NCBI GenBank assembly: GCA_963813025.1
Contig: CAWEXO010000011.1
Coordinates: forward strand, 416,001-480,000
Reading direction: 5' to 3'
Source: an uncultured Verrucomicrobiae bacterium
Lineage (GTDB): Bacteria; Verrucomicrobiota; Verrucomicrobiia; Chthoniobacterales; JAFAMB01
DNA: 64,000 nucleotides
How positions within the stretch are numbered: the first letter of the stretch is position 1; every line of letters starts with the position of its first letter. The position numbers were made by a program, and so were the translations under genes. Below are positions 27,874 through 37,617 of this stretch, piece by piece. The notes under the pieces were generated by a model, which saw nothing but the letters and a program-made list of their open reading frames with translations, did no database searches and was not told where the DNA came from.

Positions 27874-28821
27874 TCATCGGCCATCGCACGTTGGCACCGG
27901 CCTCAAATTGAGACTCCGAAGCAGCGCCAGATCCTCTGCCGCGGCTGGATTTCCCGCCGTCAAAAGCTTGTCCCCGTAAAAGATCGAGTTGGCCCCGGCA
28001 AAAAAACAAAGCGCTTGCGCCTCGCGCGACAGTCGGGTCCGGCCTGCGGAGAGCCGCACTCTGGCCCGAGGCAGCGCGAGCCGGACAGTCGCAACCAGAC
28101 GTACCAACTCAAAGACATCGACCGGCGGTTGATCTTCTAAAGGTGTGCCGCTCATCGGCACCAGACAATTGATCGGAACACTTTCCGGCGCGGGATCAAA
28201 CCCGGTTAACACTTCCAGCATTTTCAAGCGGTCGATTTCCGTTTCCCCCATGCCGATAATACCGCCACAGCAGACCGACATTCCCGCGTCTTGGACCGCG
28301 CGAATCGTCCTTAGCCGATCGCTATAGGAATGAGTCGTGACAATCTGCGGATAAAAATCCTCTGATGTGTCCAGGTTGTGGTTGTAGGCAGTGACCCCCG
28401 CATCTTTCAGAGCCTGCGCTTCAGCCTGAGATATCTGGCCCAAGGTTACGCAAACTTCCATTCCGAGTGTGCTGACCGACCGAATGATGTCCAGGACCTG
28501 GGTAAAGCGCATGTCGCCCGCCCGAACGCCTTTCCACGCCGCGCCCATGCAGAACCGGGTTGATCCGTTTCGGCGCGCTCGCCACGCCGCCTCCAGAATG
28601 GTTTCCTTGCTCAATAGCCGCGTGGCGGCCACGCCCGTCGAATACCGGGCGCTTTGCGCGCAATAGGCACAATCCTCGCTGCAACCCCCGGTCTTGATAC
28701 TTAACAAGGTGCAAAGCTGCACTTCGTCCTTCGTCCAGATTACTCGATGACGGGCGCGCGCGGCCGTCAGGAGATCAAAAAAGGGCTGTCGATAAAGCGC
28801 CTCGAGCTCAGTTAAGGTCAT
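27874..28821 (-). CDS. bioB: Biotin synthase
   Basis: SIKTGGCSEDCAYCAQS radical-SAM motif, YNHNLDT, ESVPIN, RLSAGR, GANSIFYG. Confidence 0.97.
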   Translation of the reverse strand: MTLTELEALYRQPFFDLLTAARARHRVIWTKDEVQLCTLLSIKTGGCSEDCAYCAQSARYSTGVAATRLLSKETILEAAWRARRNGSTRFCMGAAWKGVRAGDMRFTQVLDIIRSVSTLGMEVCVTLGQISQAEAQALKDAGVTAYNHNLDTSEDFYPQIVTTHSYSDRLRTIRAVQDAGMSVCCGGIIGMGETEIDRLKMLEVLTGFDPAPESVPINCLVPMSGTPLEDQPPVDVFELVRLVATVRLALPRARVRLSAGRTRLSREAQALCFFAGANSIFYGDKLLTAGNPAAAEDLALLRSLNLRPVPTCDGR

Positions 28822-28851
28822 GGCGTGCGTTCCGCGGAGCACTTCGGGCGG

Positions 28852-29589
28852 TCAGAGCCCAGTGCTCCATCTCCCTTGGGGCGTACTCAAGACCGGAAGC
28901 TCGTTCGTCATGTACTGCGTCTTTCCGACTGCGCCGATCATCTTGGCTCCGGTCGCGTCATACCAAAGCTTTGACATGCTCTCGGCCGTGTAACAACCCC
29001 ACGCTTTCACCTCGGCATTCCTCACAAAAATACCGCGTCTCAACTTTTGTTTGAGTTCCGTTTCGTGCAGCCAAGCCTTCGAAGCGCTCCCGATCTGGTT
29101 GCTGTAATCGAACATGAAGCATGCTTTGTTCGAGTGCCCAAAATAGTCGAAGGACGCAATCTTGTAACGCGAACGATCCAGGCCGCCATCCAGATATCCA
29201 CAGACCTGATCCGTGTTCGTGAAGTAGATCAGGTTTACGTGGTACTTGTCCCGCACAGAGTTGATAATACCAAAAAGATTCTCCTTCTCCTGACGCTGTC
29301 TCCTCTGGTAGCTGGGCGCATAGACGAGCCACGTGATTCGCGCTTCCGGTCCATATTCTTCCCGGAGCTGCTCAATCCGGATCCGGCTGGCCCGAACAAA
29401 ATTCATCCACCAGTTGTCGTGCGGCTCGGCCTTGTATTTCTCCCATTCAGCCAACGACGGACCGCCCGTCAGGACGATGTGTTCGCCTCGATCAGGTTGC
29501 CGGGCCGGAGGAGCCGGAGCTGGTTGTTGGCCCATCGCCGGCAAACCGATTAAGCAAGTCGCTAGTAGACAGGAGAAAAACCGCGTCAT
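28852..29589 (-). CDS. Secreted hypothetical protein, possible clan CD (caspase-like) His-Cys dyad
   Basis: Signal peptide; FDYFGHS and VKAWGC motifs. Confidence 0.55.
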   Translation of the reverse strand: MTRFFSCLLATCLIGLPAMGQQPAPAPPARQPDRGEHIVLTGGPSLAEWEKYKAEPHDNWWMNFVRASRIRIEQLREEYGPEARITWLVYAPSYQRRQRQEKENLFGIINSVRDKYHVNLIYFTNTDQVCGYLDGGLDRSRYKIASFDYFGHSNKACFMFDYSNQIGSASKAWLHETELKQKLRRGIFVRNAEVKAWGCYTAESMSKLWYDATGAKMIGAVGKTQYMTNELPVLSTPQGRWSTGL

Positions 29590-29718
29590 GCCAGCCTTTT
29601 TAACTCGGCCTCCGGCAACTTTCCAGCGTCATTCGGCTAGAGATCAGGAGTCGCAGGAGTTCAGTCGCTCATCGGCTATTGACTATTGGCCGTCGGCTAT
29701 TGCCGTCGGCCATCGGAC

Positions 29719-30735
29719 TCAGCGCAGAAAATCGCTCACCGCCTGAAAAAACTGTTCAGGCGCTTCCAGATGCGGAATATGTCCGACATTAGGAATTTCG
29801 ACGAGGCGCGCTCCCGGAATCTGCGCCACCGCCTTTTTCGCCAGTTCCGCTACATTCCCAAGATTGCGCTGGAGATCGATCGGAGCGCGATCGCGACCCA
29901 CGGCGGTGTGATCTTCCTGACCAACAATGAGCAGCGTCGGCACTTTGATCTCGGAAAGTTCATAGCACACCGGCTGCTGGTAAATCATCATAGTCGTGAG
30001 CGCCGCCGAGAGTGCCCACCGGGGAAAGTCCCCGCTGAGACTGACGCGCATCCGAGGCTCCACGAAGACTTCGGCCCGATACGCCGGAAAATTGACGAAA
30101 TAGCTTTGCACATACTTGCGAAAATTCTCCAGGGTCATCGTGAGCTCCTGTTGATAGAGCTGCTCCAGCGGGGCAGGCGGCACCGTCAAACGATAATCCT
30201 CCAGTCCAATCGGATCTTCCAGAATCAGGGATTCGGTTCGGCCGGGATAAAGCCGGGCAAAGCGGATCGCCAGCATTCCGCCCATGGAATGTCCCAGGAT
30301 TGTTGCTTTAGGCACCTGCAAAAGATCGAGCAAACCAGCCGTATTTTCGGCCAGCAAATCGAAGCTGTAATGAATGTTCGGCTTCGAGGATTTGCCGAAT
30401 CCGATCTGATCAGGGACGATAACTCGGAAGCCGCGATCGACCAGGAACTTGATCGTATCGGCCCAATACGCTCCCCAGAAATTCTTACCATGGAGCAGCA
30501 CCACCGTGCGTCCGTTCGCGTTCTTCGCCGGATGAACGTCCATGAAACACATCCGAAGATCCTGACCCTCGATATTGAGATTCAGAAACGCCGTGGGATA
30601 CGGATACTGCAGTTCTTCGAAGCATGTTCCCAGAGCTTCTTCGTACTTCTCCGGTAAGGGTTGCTCCTGCGCGATGAGATTCGCCGGGAGCAACATTGTT
30701 AATCCAAGCCAGCCTAGAAACCGGAGTGTTCTCAC
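29719..30735 (-). CDS. Secreted alpha/beta hydrolase
   Basis: LLHGKNF, DQIGFGKS, GHSMGG nucleophile elbow, VGHIPH; signal peptide. Confidence 0.92.
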   Translation of the reverse strand: MRTLRFLGWLGLTMLLPANLIAQEQPLPEKYEEALGTCFEELQYPYPTAFLNLNIEGQDLRMCFMDVHPAKNANGRTVVLLHGKNFWGAYWADTIKFLVDRGFRVIVPDQIGFGKSSKPNIHYSFDLLAENTAGLLDLLQVPKATILGHSMGGMLAIRFARLYPGRTESLILEDPIGLEDYRLTVPPAPLEQLYQQELTMTLENFRKYVQSYFVNFPAYRAEVFVEPRMRVSLSGDFPRWALSAALTTMMIYQQPVCYELSEIKVPTLLIVGQEDHTAVGRDRAPIDLQRNLGNVAELAKKAVAQIPGARLVEIPNVGHIPHLEAPEQFFQAVSDFLR

Positions 30736-30860
30736 GTCCGTATTTAGTCGGCAGTATTCCAGCCGCGCAACGGAAAACGGATTGAAAATCGCTTGAGCAA
30801 GCCGAATCCAGCGTTGTGGGCTTGCCGCAGGTGATCAAAGAAGCCTCCTGATTCAAGCAG

Positions 30861-31649
30861 TCAGCGGAATTTTCTCAGCGCGACGGAGATGATCTTGCGC
30901 CCTCTCTCTTTTTGCGGCGCTCCGACCCAAACGTAAAAAACGGTGACGACCGACGCTGCGAAAAAAACACGCGTAATCCACCGATGACCATTCGGCGCAT
31001 CCCACGACGCGGTGGCATCAGGCAGTTGGCGCAGAACGGCGGCACGGAGCTTCCGCTCGTCCAGCGGATCGAGATGAGCGTCACTCTTCAGCAACGGCAT
31101 GGCCGGATCGCCAACCCTCATCCCAAAACCCATGGCCCGGGCCGTCGGGCTATCGGCAAAAAGCCGACGTCCGCCAAACGCTCGCTCAACCAGCGAAGTG
31201 CAATCTTCCCCAAAGAACGGTCTTCCTTTGATGCCGTTGAGAAAGTCCACTACCTCCGCGACCACCGCGTCATCGATCCCGCGAAAATCAGCGGCCGGTA
31301 TCGTTACATCCCAGCCGCCGTTGTCACGAGCCTGGAACGTCTCAAGCGGTGTCCAATTCAGACCATCCACAAAATTCTCCCGCGGAGTTCCGAAGAGCTG
31401 TTCGACGACAAATTCGCGGCCGTCCTCCAAAATGACGTGCAGACCGGCATGCATGGCAATGGGCGGACCTCCCGGGTCCCGGCCAATGCCAATCAAACGT
31501 CGATCCAGCATTTCTACGGGCCGGATGATCCAGGATCCCAGCACACTCCTATTATCGCTTTGCAAAATCACACCACGCAGACCGGTGACCGGCGCGGGGC
31601 GGTCCGGCACCGATGGCGGTAATCTCTGCGCATCAAGGAAAGATTCCAT
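30861..31649 (-). CDS. Hypothetical protein, possible permuted papain-like (NlpC/P60) fold with C-terminal TM anchor
   Basis: MHAGLHV...VVE...GRPFFGEDCTSLVERAF; C-terminal hydrophobic helix and basic tail. Confidence 0.5.
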   Translation of the reverse strand: MESFLDAQRLPPSVPDRPAPVTGLRGVILQSDNRSVLGSWIIRPVEMLDRRLIGIGRDPGGPPIAMHAGLHVILEDGREFVVEQLFGTPRENFVDGLNWTPLETFQARDNGGWDVTIPAADFRGIDDAVVAEVVDFLNGIKGRPFFGEDCTSLVERAFGGRRLFADSPTARAMGFGMRVGDPAMPLLKSDAHLDPLDERKLRAAVLRQLPDATASWDAPNGHRWITRVFFAASVVTVFYVWVGAPQKERGRKIISVALRKFR

Positions 31650-31791
31650 GCTCGCCGACAGATAGACAGAAAACCGGGAAGGTAAAATACGCCACCTTTT
31701 AGAGTACGTTTCTTCGTCGGCGTTTTCACGGATCAGCAACGCCGTTCTCGCGCCAGGCCCATTGGTCATCGGTCATCGATCATCCGCTCTT

Positions 31792-32658
31792 CTATCTCGG
31801 CAGAACGAACTGCAGCACGAACACGACGACCGCGGCAAACAGACAATAGTAGCCAAACCACTGCCAGCGGCCGCGTTCCAACCAGCGAGACAACCAGCGG
31901 AGTGCCACCAAGCCGGCTAGAAAACTCGCGACCATCCCGATAATCGACGGAATGAGTTGAGGCCCAAGTCCACCGGGAGATCCGTTATCGGACAACACGT
32001 GCGCCTTGGCCAGGCGAAGAAATTCCCGCACAACCACCGGTGGAGTCAGGATTACGGCCAAAGCAAAACTGAATTGTTCAGCCCGCACTCGGGAAACTCC
32101 CAGCAACAGGCCTGCCGAGATAGTCGCTCCCGATCTGGAAAAGCCGCGAAAGGGAAGCGCGAAGCCCTGAATCGCACCGATAAGGCAAGATTCCCGGCCG
32201 TCTGGACCGCGCCCATCGCGAACCGGACCAGGCGCCCGACCCGAGAAAATAATTAAGAGGCCGACCAACGCGAGCGCGCACGCAATCAAGCTCAGATTGC
32301 CGAAAAGCGTCTCGATCTCGGCGTTATCGAACCCGCGCATGAAAATCTTCTCGATCAGCAGCAGGAGAAAAACGCCGATGACTCCCGTGGCCAAAGTAGC
32401 AATCACTAACTGTTTGACGAAATTCCAGAGTGAAGCAGAGGAATCGGACAGCTCCCGCCACCAAGGGCGCCAAAAGTAGGCGAGCACAGCGAACATCGTC
32501 CCCGTATGGAGGGCCACCAGGAGCAGGGTCATTTGGGGGCTGGTTGGATCAATGCCCATCAGCTTTTCGGCGATGATCACGTGAGCTGAGCTGGAAACGG
32601 GCAACAATTCGCAGGCGCCTTGAATGATCGCTAAGATCAGAATTTGCAAAACGTTCAT
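31792..32658 (-). CDS. uppP: Undecaprenyl-diphosphate phosphatase
   Basis: IQGACELLPVSSSAH and GFSRSGATI motifs; multiple TMs. Confidence 0.93.
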   Translation of the reverse strand: MNVLQILILAIIQGACELLPVSSSAHVIIAEKLMGIDPTSPQMTLLLVALHTGTMFAVLAYFWRPWWRELSDSSASLWNFVKQLVIATLATGVIGVFLLLLIEKIFMRGFDNAEIETLFGNLSLIACALALVGLLIIFSGRAPGPVRDGRGPDGRESCLIGAIQGFALPFRGFSRSGATISAGLLLGVSRVRAEQFSFALAVILTPPVVVREFLRLAKAHVLSDNGSPGGLGPQLIPSIIGMVASFLAGLVALRWLSRWLERGRWQWFGYYCLFAAVVVFVLQFVLPR

Positions 32659-32787
32659 GAGCCGTCGGTGTAAAGAACTCGCGATTGTATGGAGGATGGG
32701 CGGCGTGGCAAGCTTGGACGCGCCGGCGCATTCCCTGGCCTCGCTAAATTTCTCTTTCCGGCAGAAAATCGCGATTATTCTGTGCGC

Positions 32788-33432
32788 GTGCGAAAGACGT
32801 TCTTCCTACTGCTTCTTCTTGCGCTCACACCGCTTTTCAGCGGACGCGCTACTGAGGACATTGTTATCCAGGATCCGATCGCCGATTACTTGGCGATGCA
32901 GGTTGCCGACCGCGTAATCAATGCGGAGCCGCTTCTGGTCATCAAGAAGGTCGAAGTTGACGTCGCCGGCGACGGAAATCCGCTGGTCTTCATCGGCACT
33001 TGGTACCGCAATTCCGGACCGAATACGTGGCTCTGGGTTGGTTATCGGCGCGTGCCGTCAGGGTTTGTCCGGACCACACCACCCAACGCGGATATGCTAA
33101 TCGACTTCAATGATATTTACGTCGGATTTCTGCCGGACTTGAAATGCCAGGGCATGGCCCAAGCCTACAGTCTGGAACTCGATAACAAAGAGCGCGCGCA
33201 ATCGAACGTAATTAGCGATCTGACCTTCTATTATCTGCAGAACAACAAACTGGTCGAGCAAAGCACTGGCATGCTTGACTTGGAAGATCCCTCTCAGAAA
33301 GCAAAATACGACTTCTACTTCGGTCCTAACCGTGAAATTCGGGACCATCCGCGCATCGAAGCTTTTACGATCATGGATCTAGCCCGGCGGGGTTACAAAA
33401 TTCCAAAGCCCGGGACGAAACCACCAACCTAA
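32788..33432 (+). CDS. Hypothetical secreted protein
   Basis: Signal peptide RKTFFLLLLLALTPLFSG; D.AGDG-like motif; GTG start inferred. Confidence 0.6.
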   Translation: MRKTFFLLLLLALTPLFSGRATEDIVIQDPIADYLAMQVADRVINAEPLLVIKKVEVDVAGDGNPLVFIGTWYRNSGPNTWLWVGYRRVPSGFVRTTPPNADMLIDFNDIYVGFLPDLKCQGMAQAYSLELDNKERAQSNVISDLTFYYLQNNKLVEQSTGMLDLEDPSQKAKYDFYFGPNREIRDHPRIEAFTIMDLARRGYKIPKPGTKPPT

Positions 33433-34495
33433 AGCCGCTTGCACTCGTGCAGCCCTGCCTTGCTTAGCTCATTTGAGAGGCGGCCCAGGATCTTAATGGC
33501 GTGGTCAATCTTCGAAGACCAGGGATGCGCGCAGCTGATTCTCAGGCAATTGCGGTAGCCATCCCCTTCGCCGAGAAAATACAACCAGGCGCGATCGAGA
33601 TGTGGTGTTCATTGAGCGCGCAAACAGCCAAAACGGTGGTGTCTGCGTTTGTCTCGACCCAGAGGACAAAACTCCCCTGCGGACGCGAGATGCGCGTACC
33701 CGCGGGAAAGTAACGCGCAACCGCGTCACTAAACCGGCATAATAGCTCCCAATAGACTGATCGGATCTTGCGCAGATGAGCGTCGTAAGCGCCGTGCTCC
33801 AGAAATTCCGCAATCGCCATCTGCGTAATCGCCGGACACGCGAATGTCTGGTTGGTTTTCATTTGCAGAACAGCGTCCCGAAACCTGCCGGGCGAAACCC
33901 AACCAACGCGCATCCCAGGCGCAAGCGTCTTGGAGGTCGAGCTGCAGAGCAGAACAAGTCCTTCTGTATCAAACGCCTTCGCGGTAGTTGGACGTCTATC
34001 ACCGGGACGCGGCAGATCGCCGTAGATATCGTCTTCGATCAACGGAATTCGCCGTTTTGCGAGAAGGGAAACGAGTTCTTTTTTGCTGTCTAAGGCCAAC
34101 GAACATCCCAATGGGTTGCTGTAGTTCGTCACGATCAAACAAGCGCCTATTCTGGAGATCGTGCGAATGGCCTCGCGGATATGCTCCAGGGACACTCCTT
34201 CTCGCGGATCGGTCGCCAGCTCTACGACGCGCAGGCCCAGATTTTCGATCAGCTCCAAAAGGCCATAGTATGTCGGAGACTCCACCAGGACCGCGGACCC
34301 CGAAGCGCACGTCGCTCGCAAACAAAGCGCGAGCGCTTCGCCTGCGCCATAAGTCACAACAGATTCTTCCTGGTTCAGGAAACATCCCCAGTCGTGAGCT
34401 CGACGAGCGAGCTGTTTGCGAAGTTTCGGGTGTCCGGCTGGGTCGGTGTAGCGTACTAGTTCGTTCGGTGCTGATCGCGCGAGCGACGAGGTCAT
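33429..34495 (-). pseudogene. MocR/GabR-like PLP aminotransferase-domain regulator, N-terminally truncated and frameshifted near 33565
   Basis: VESPTY, NPLG, IEDDIYGDL, SKTLAPGMRVGW; C-terminus YRNCLRISC..PW lies in another frame; no HTH. Confidence 0.8.
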
Positions 34496-34504
34496 TCGCG
34501 CCAG

Positions 34505-34890
34505 TCGCGCGGTTGGATTCTGACAGGAATCGGAATCCCCTGCTTCACGTTCACTCTGCCGATGACTCGCCTGGCTTTGGAAGCATTTGACCCTGTGACT
34601 ATTGCGATCGCCCGAGGCGCAGGTGCCGGCATTGTAGCGCTCGCCTGGCAGTTCTTGTCACGTGACGCAATTCCCACTCGCGATCAACTCATCCGGATGT
34701 TCTCGGCGGGGCTTGGCATTGTGAGCTTGTTCCCGCTGCTCATTTCGATTGCTTTACAATTCGTCCCGGCGACTCACGCAGGAGTTGTTCAATCGATTCT
34801 TCCGTTGGCCACCGCGTTTTTTGGTGTGATTCGGGGCCGAGAGAAAGCGTCACGCCGATTCTGGATCTTGGCGGTTCTTGGTGCGGTGGC
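34505..34890 (+). pseudogene. DMT/EamA transporter fragment
   Basis: FTLPMTRLA..DP, ALQFVPATHAGVV..LPLATA, E..SRRFW; only the first EamA half. Confidence 0.75.
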
Positions 34891-34968
34891 GGCTGATATG
34901 GGGACAGGCCCCGACCAGGCCGGGCTTAGGCGGCTGATTGGGGACAGGCCCCGACCCGGCCGGGCTTA
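34888..34968. repeat. Tandem duplication, two ~41-bp copies
   Basis: GGCGGCTGAT(A)TGGGGACAGGCCCCGACC(A/C)GGCCGGGCTTA at 34888-34928 and 34929-34968. Confidence 0.85.
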
Positions 34969-35372
34969 GGGTCACATATGAGAACGTCTACGTGGGGGAC
35001 GGGTCCACTTGCAGGATCACCAGAAACGAATGAGGTCGGTCGGCGTTGCGGCGGTTTCGCTAAGTTGCGGCGATCCGGGAGAAACATTCACTGCGGACAG
35101 GTCCAATCGACGTAGACCCAATCTCTTGGAGGCAAGGTTCCCTTCCGGCGGGTCCCCTGGCCAGACACGGACGAGGCCGTCGGCGCTATTCGCTGCCGGC
35201 AAAAACGCCGATCGGGCACACCCGTCGGACTTTGGGCGATCTGTAGTACAGCCATCGAGATAGGTTAGGGGGCGGGGAATCCAAAACGGGTTTCCCCGGT
35301 CAGACAATGCCAAGGCGAAACCGTTGTAAAACGGCTGATTGATCGATCCATTGTTTGTTGTACGTTTTCCTT

Positions 35373-35579
35373 ATGCCCACCGTAAAGGTCTCCAGCAAGT
35401 ATCAGATCGTCATCCCGCGCGAGATCCGTCAGAACCTGAAACTCAGGCCGGGACTTTTGCTGCGAGCCGTCGAGTACGATGGCCGCATCGAGCTGATTCC
35501 CGTGCGCAAACCCTCCACTCTGAGAGGCGCTTTTCCTGGACTAAACACGGAAATCTTGCGGGACGAGGATCGCTGGTGA
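35373..35579 (+). CDS. vapB: AbrB/MazE/SpoVT-family antitoxin
   Basis: MPTVKVSSKYQIVIPREIR..L.L.PG swapped-hairpin signature; GTGA overlap with the toxin. Confidence 0.88.
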   Translation: MPTVKVSSKYQIVIPREIRQNLKLRPGLLLRAVEYDGRIELIPVRKPSTLRGAFPGLNTEILRDEDRW

Positions 35580-35932
35580 ACGTCGTTGACTCTTCCGGAT
35601 GGCTCGAGTATTTCGCGGGCACCGAACGCGCTGACCTGTTCGCGCCGGCGATCGAGCGAACCGAGCGATTGATCGTTCCGGTGATCTCGATTTTTGAAGT
35701 ATTCCGCAAGCTGTTCCGCGAATTCGGTGAGAATGCCGGACTACAGGCCTATGCCGTCATGAGCCAGGGACGAGTTGTCGATCTTGATGAACGCTTGGTA
35801 CTGCGAGCCGCCCCTTATCCTTTGCCGATGGCCGACAGTATTATTCTTGCCACGGCCCAGGAATACCGCGCAATTGTTTGGACTCAAGACCGGCATTTTC
35901 AAGGGTTGCCGCAGGTAAAATTCTTCGAATAG
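35576..35932 (+). CDS. vapC: VapC PIN-domain toxin
   Basis: NVVDSSGWLEYF, IFEV, LPMADSIILATA, WTQDRHF acidic PIN residues. Confidence 0.92.
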   Translation: MNVVDSSGWLEYFAGTERADLFAPAIERTERLIVPVISIFEVFRKLFREFGENAGLQAYAVMSQGRVVDLDERLVLRAAPYPLPMADSIILATAQEYRAIVWTQDRHFQGLPQVKFFE

Positions 35933-35934
35933 GC

Positions 35935-36670
35935 GTGACGTCTTCCGCTTCCATAGCGACTGACCCACATGCGAGCTACGCTCGTTCCGCACGTTTTTAT
36001 GATCTGATTTACTCCTGGAAAGACTACACAACCGAAGCAAAAATCATTGAAGCCATCATTGACCAACACAACCCGAGGGCAATTTCATTACTGGATGTCG
36101 CGTGCGGGACTGGCGAGCACCTGAAATTCTTGGATCGGTTTGCCAGGGCAGGATTGGATAACAATCCGGAGTTTGTCGCACTCGCGCGGCAAAAGTTACC
36201 TGATGTACCGATCTACCTAGCCGACATGACGGCGTTTGACCTGGGCTGCCGGTTTGACGTGATCACTTGTCTGTTCAGCGCGATCGGATACTTGAGGGAC
36301 GATCCATCCGTGCTTGCTTTTTTTTAACAGTTGCAAGCGGCACCTGACCCGCAGCGGCATCGTTTTGGTCGAACCCTGGTTTGAACCCGACCCATCAGCC
36401 CCGCCAAGAAGAATCAGCATGGGAACCGCTGAGCAGGGTGACCGGAAGGTGTGCCGCATCATGGTGACGAACACCGAGGGCGCCTTTTCGGTGATGGCCG
36501 CCCATCATCTAACTGTCGAAAATGGAGAGGTCGATTACTTCATCGAGCATCATCGGATGCGGTTGATGAGTCGCACTAAGCTCACAGAACTGTTTGGCGA
36601 GGCTGGCTTTAAGGTCGCGTATGATGCAAAAGGGCTAACGGGACGAGGGGTGTATACCGCGCGGGTTTGA
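35935..36670 (+). pseudogene. Class I SAM methyltransferase (TylM1/DesVI-like), frameshift in a T8 run at 36318-36325
   Basis: YDLIY..KDY..E, LLDVACGTG, ADM..FDLG..FDVITCLFSAIGYL, then HL...GIVLVEPW in the next frame. Confidence 0.8.
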
Positions 36671-36856
36671 GGATCAGGCTTTCGATGACCGTCGATAACG
36701 CCTTCACTGGATCGACGGTTTGAGTTGGACCCCTTCTCCGAGGCCTATAACCATCACAAACGCGAAGATCCGCAAAATCATATCGTTTATTGTTCTCATT
36801 CGTGCTCGCCCCACTTTCTTGAAGCGACTAAATCAATCTACAAAAATCTTGGTCAG

Positions 36857-37561
36857 CTAATGGGTGCGAACCTGGCCGTAATAGGAGCTCGGTCCGTGCT
36901 TCCGTAGAAAATGCTTATCGAGCAGGTGTTTAGAGATTGGTTGTGCCTCAGGATTAAGTTCAATGGTTCTCATCGCCATTTCCGCCACGATCTCCAGCGC
37001 CAGAGCGTTTTCGACCGCTTTTTTTCCGCTTGAGCCCCAAGCAAAGGGTCCGTGGTTGCGAACGAGCACGGCGCAAACTTCGTTCGGGTCAAGTGTCCTG
37101 AAGCGTTCGACGATCACATTGCCGGTTTCCCACTCGTAAGCGGACTCGATTTCCTGGGCCGTCATGATGCGTGTAACCGGTACGCTGCCATAGAAATAGT
37201 CGGCGTGGGTGGTCCCGAAGCAGGGGATTTCGCGGCCCGCCTGGGCGAAGGCGACGGCGTTGCGCGAATGGGTATGCACCACCGCTCGAACGTCTTGGAA
37301 TGCCTGGAACAAACGGCGGTGTGTCGGGGTGTCCGAAGAGGGGCGCAGAGACCCCTCAACGATTCGTCCTTCGAAGTCGACGATCACTATGTCGTTGGGC
37401 TGCATGACATTGTAATCAACGCCGCTAGGTTTAATTGCGAAAACCCGGCGAGCCGGATCGGCCACGCTGACGTTCCCGAACGTAAGGTCAATCACCTTAT
37501 ATTCCGGCAACAACAGGTTGGCTTCGTAACACTCTTCCTTGATCTCACTATAATTGCTCAT
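36857..37561 (-). CDS. araD: L-ribulose-5-phosphate 4-epimerase
   Basis: TFGNVS, IKPSGVDY, PSSDTPTH, HTHS, GTTHADYF, HGPFAWG, LLDKHFLRKHG..YYGQ. Confidence 0.96.
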   Translation of the reverse strand: MSNYSEIKEECYEANLLLPEYKVIDLTFGNVSVADPARRVFAIKPSGVDYNVMQPNDIVIVDFEGRIVEGSLRPSSDTPTHRRLFQAFQDVRAVVHTHSRNAVAFAQAGREIPCFGTTHADYFYGSVPVTRIMTAQEIESAYEWETGNVIVERFRTLDPNEVCAVLVRNHGPFAWGSSGKKAVENALALEIVAEMAMRTIELNPEAQPISKHLLDKHFLRKHGPSSYYGQVRTH

Positions 37562-37617
37562 AGCGACGCAATTCAGCCGATCATTTGCTTGTCCATGTAC
37601 CAAAGCACAGCCCGGCC

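Noticed and set aside
29686..30657. 323-aa plus-strand ORF
   Set aside because: Fully antisense to a clear alpha/beta hydrolase; typical GC-rich shadow
34888..34968. Possible mini CRISPR array
   Set aside because: Only two adjacent copies with no spacer and no cas genes; it is a tandem duplication
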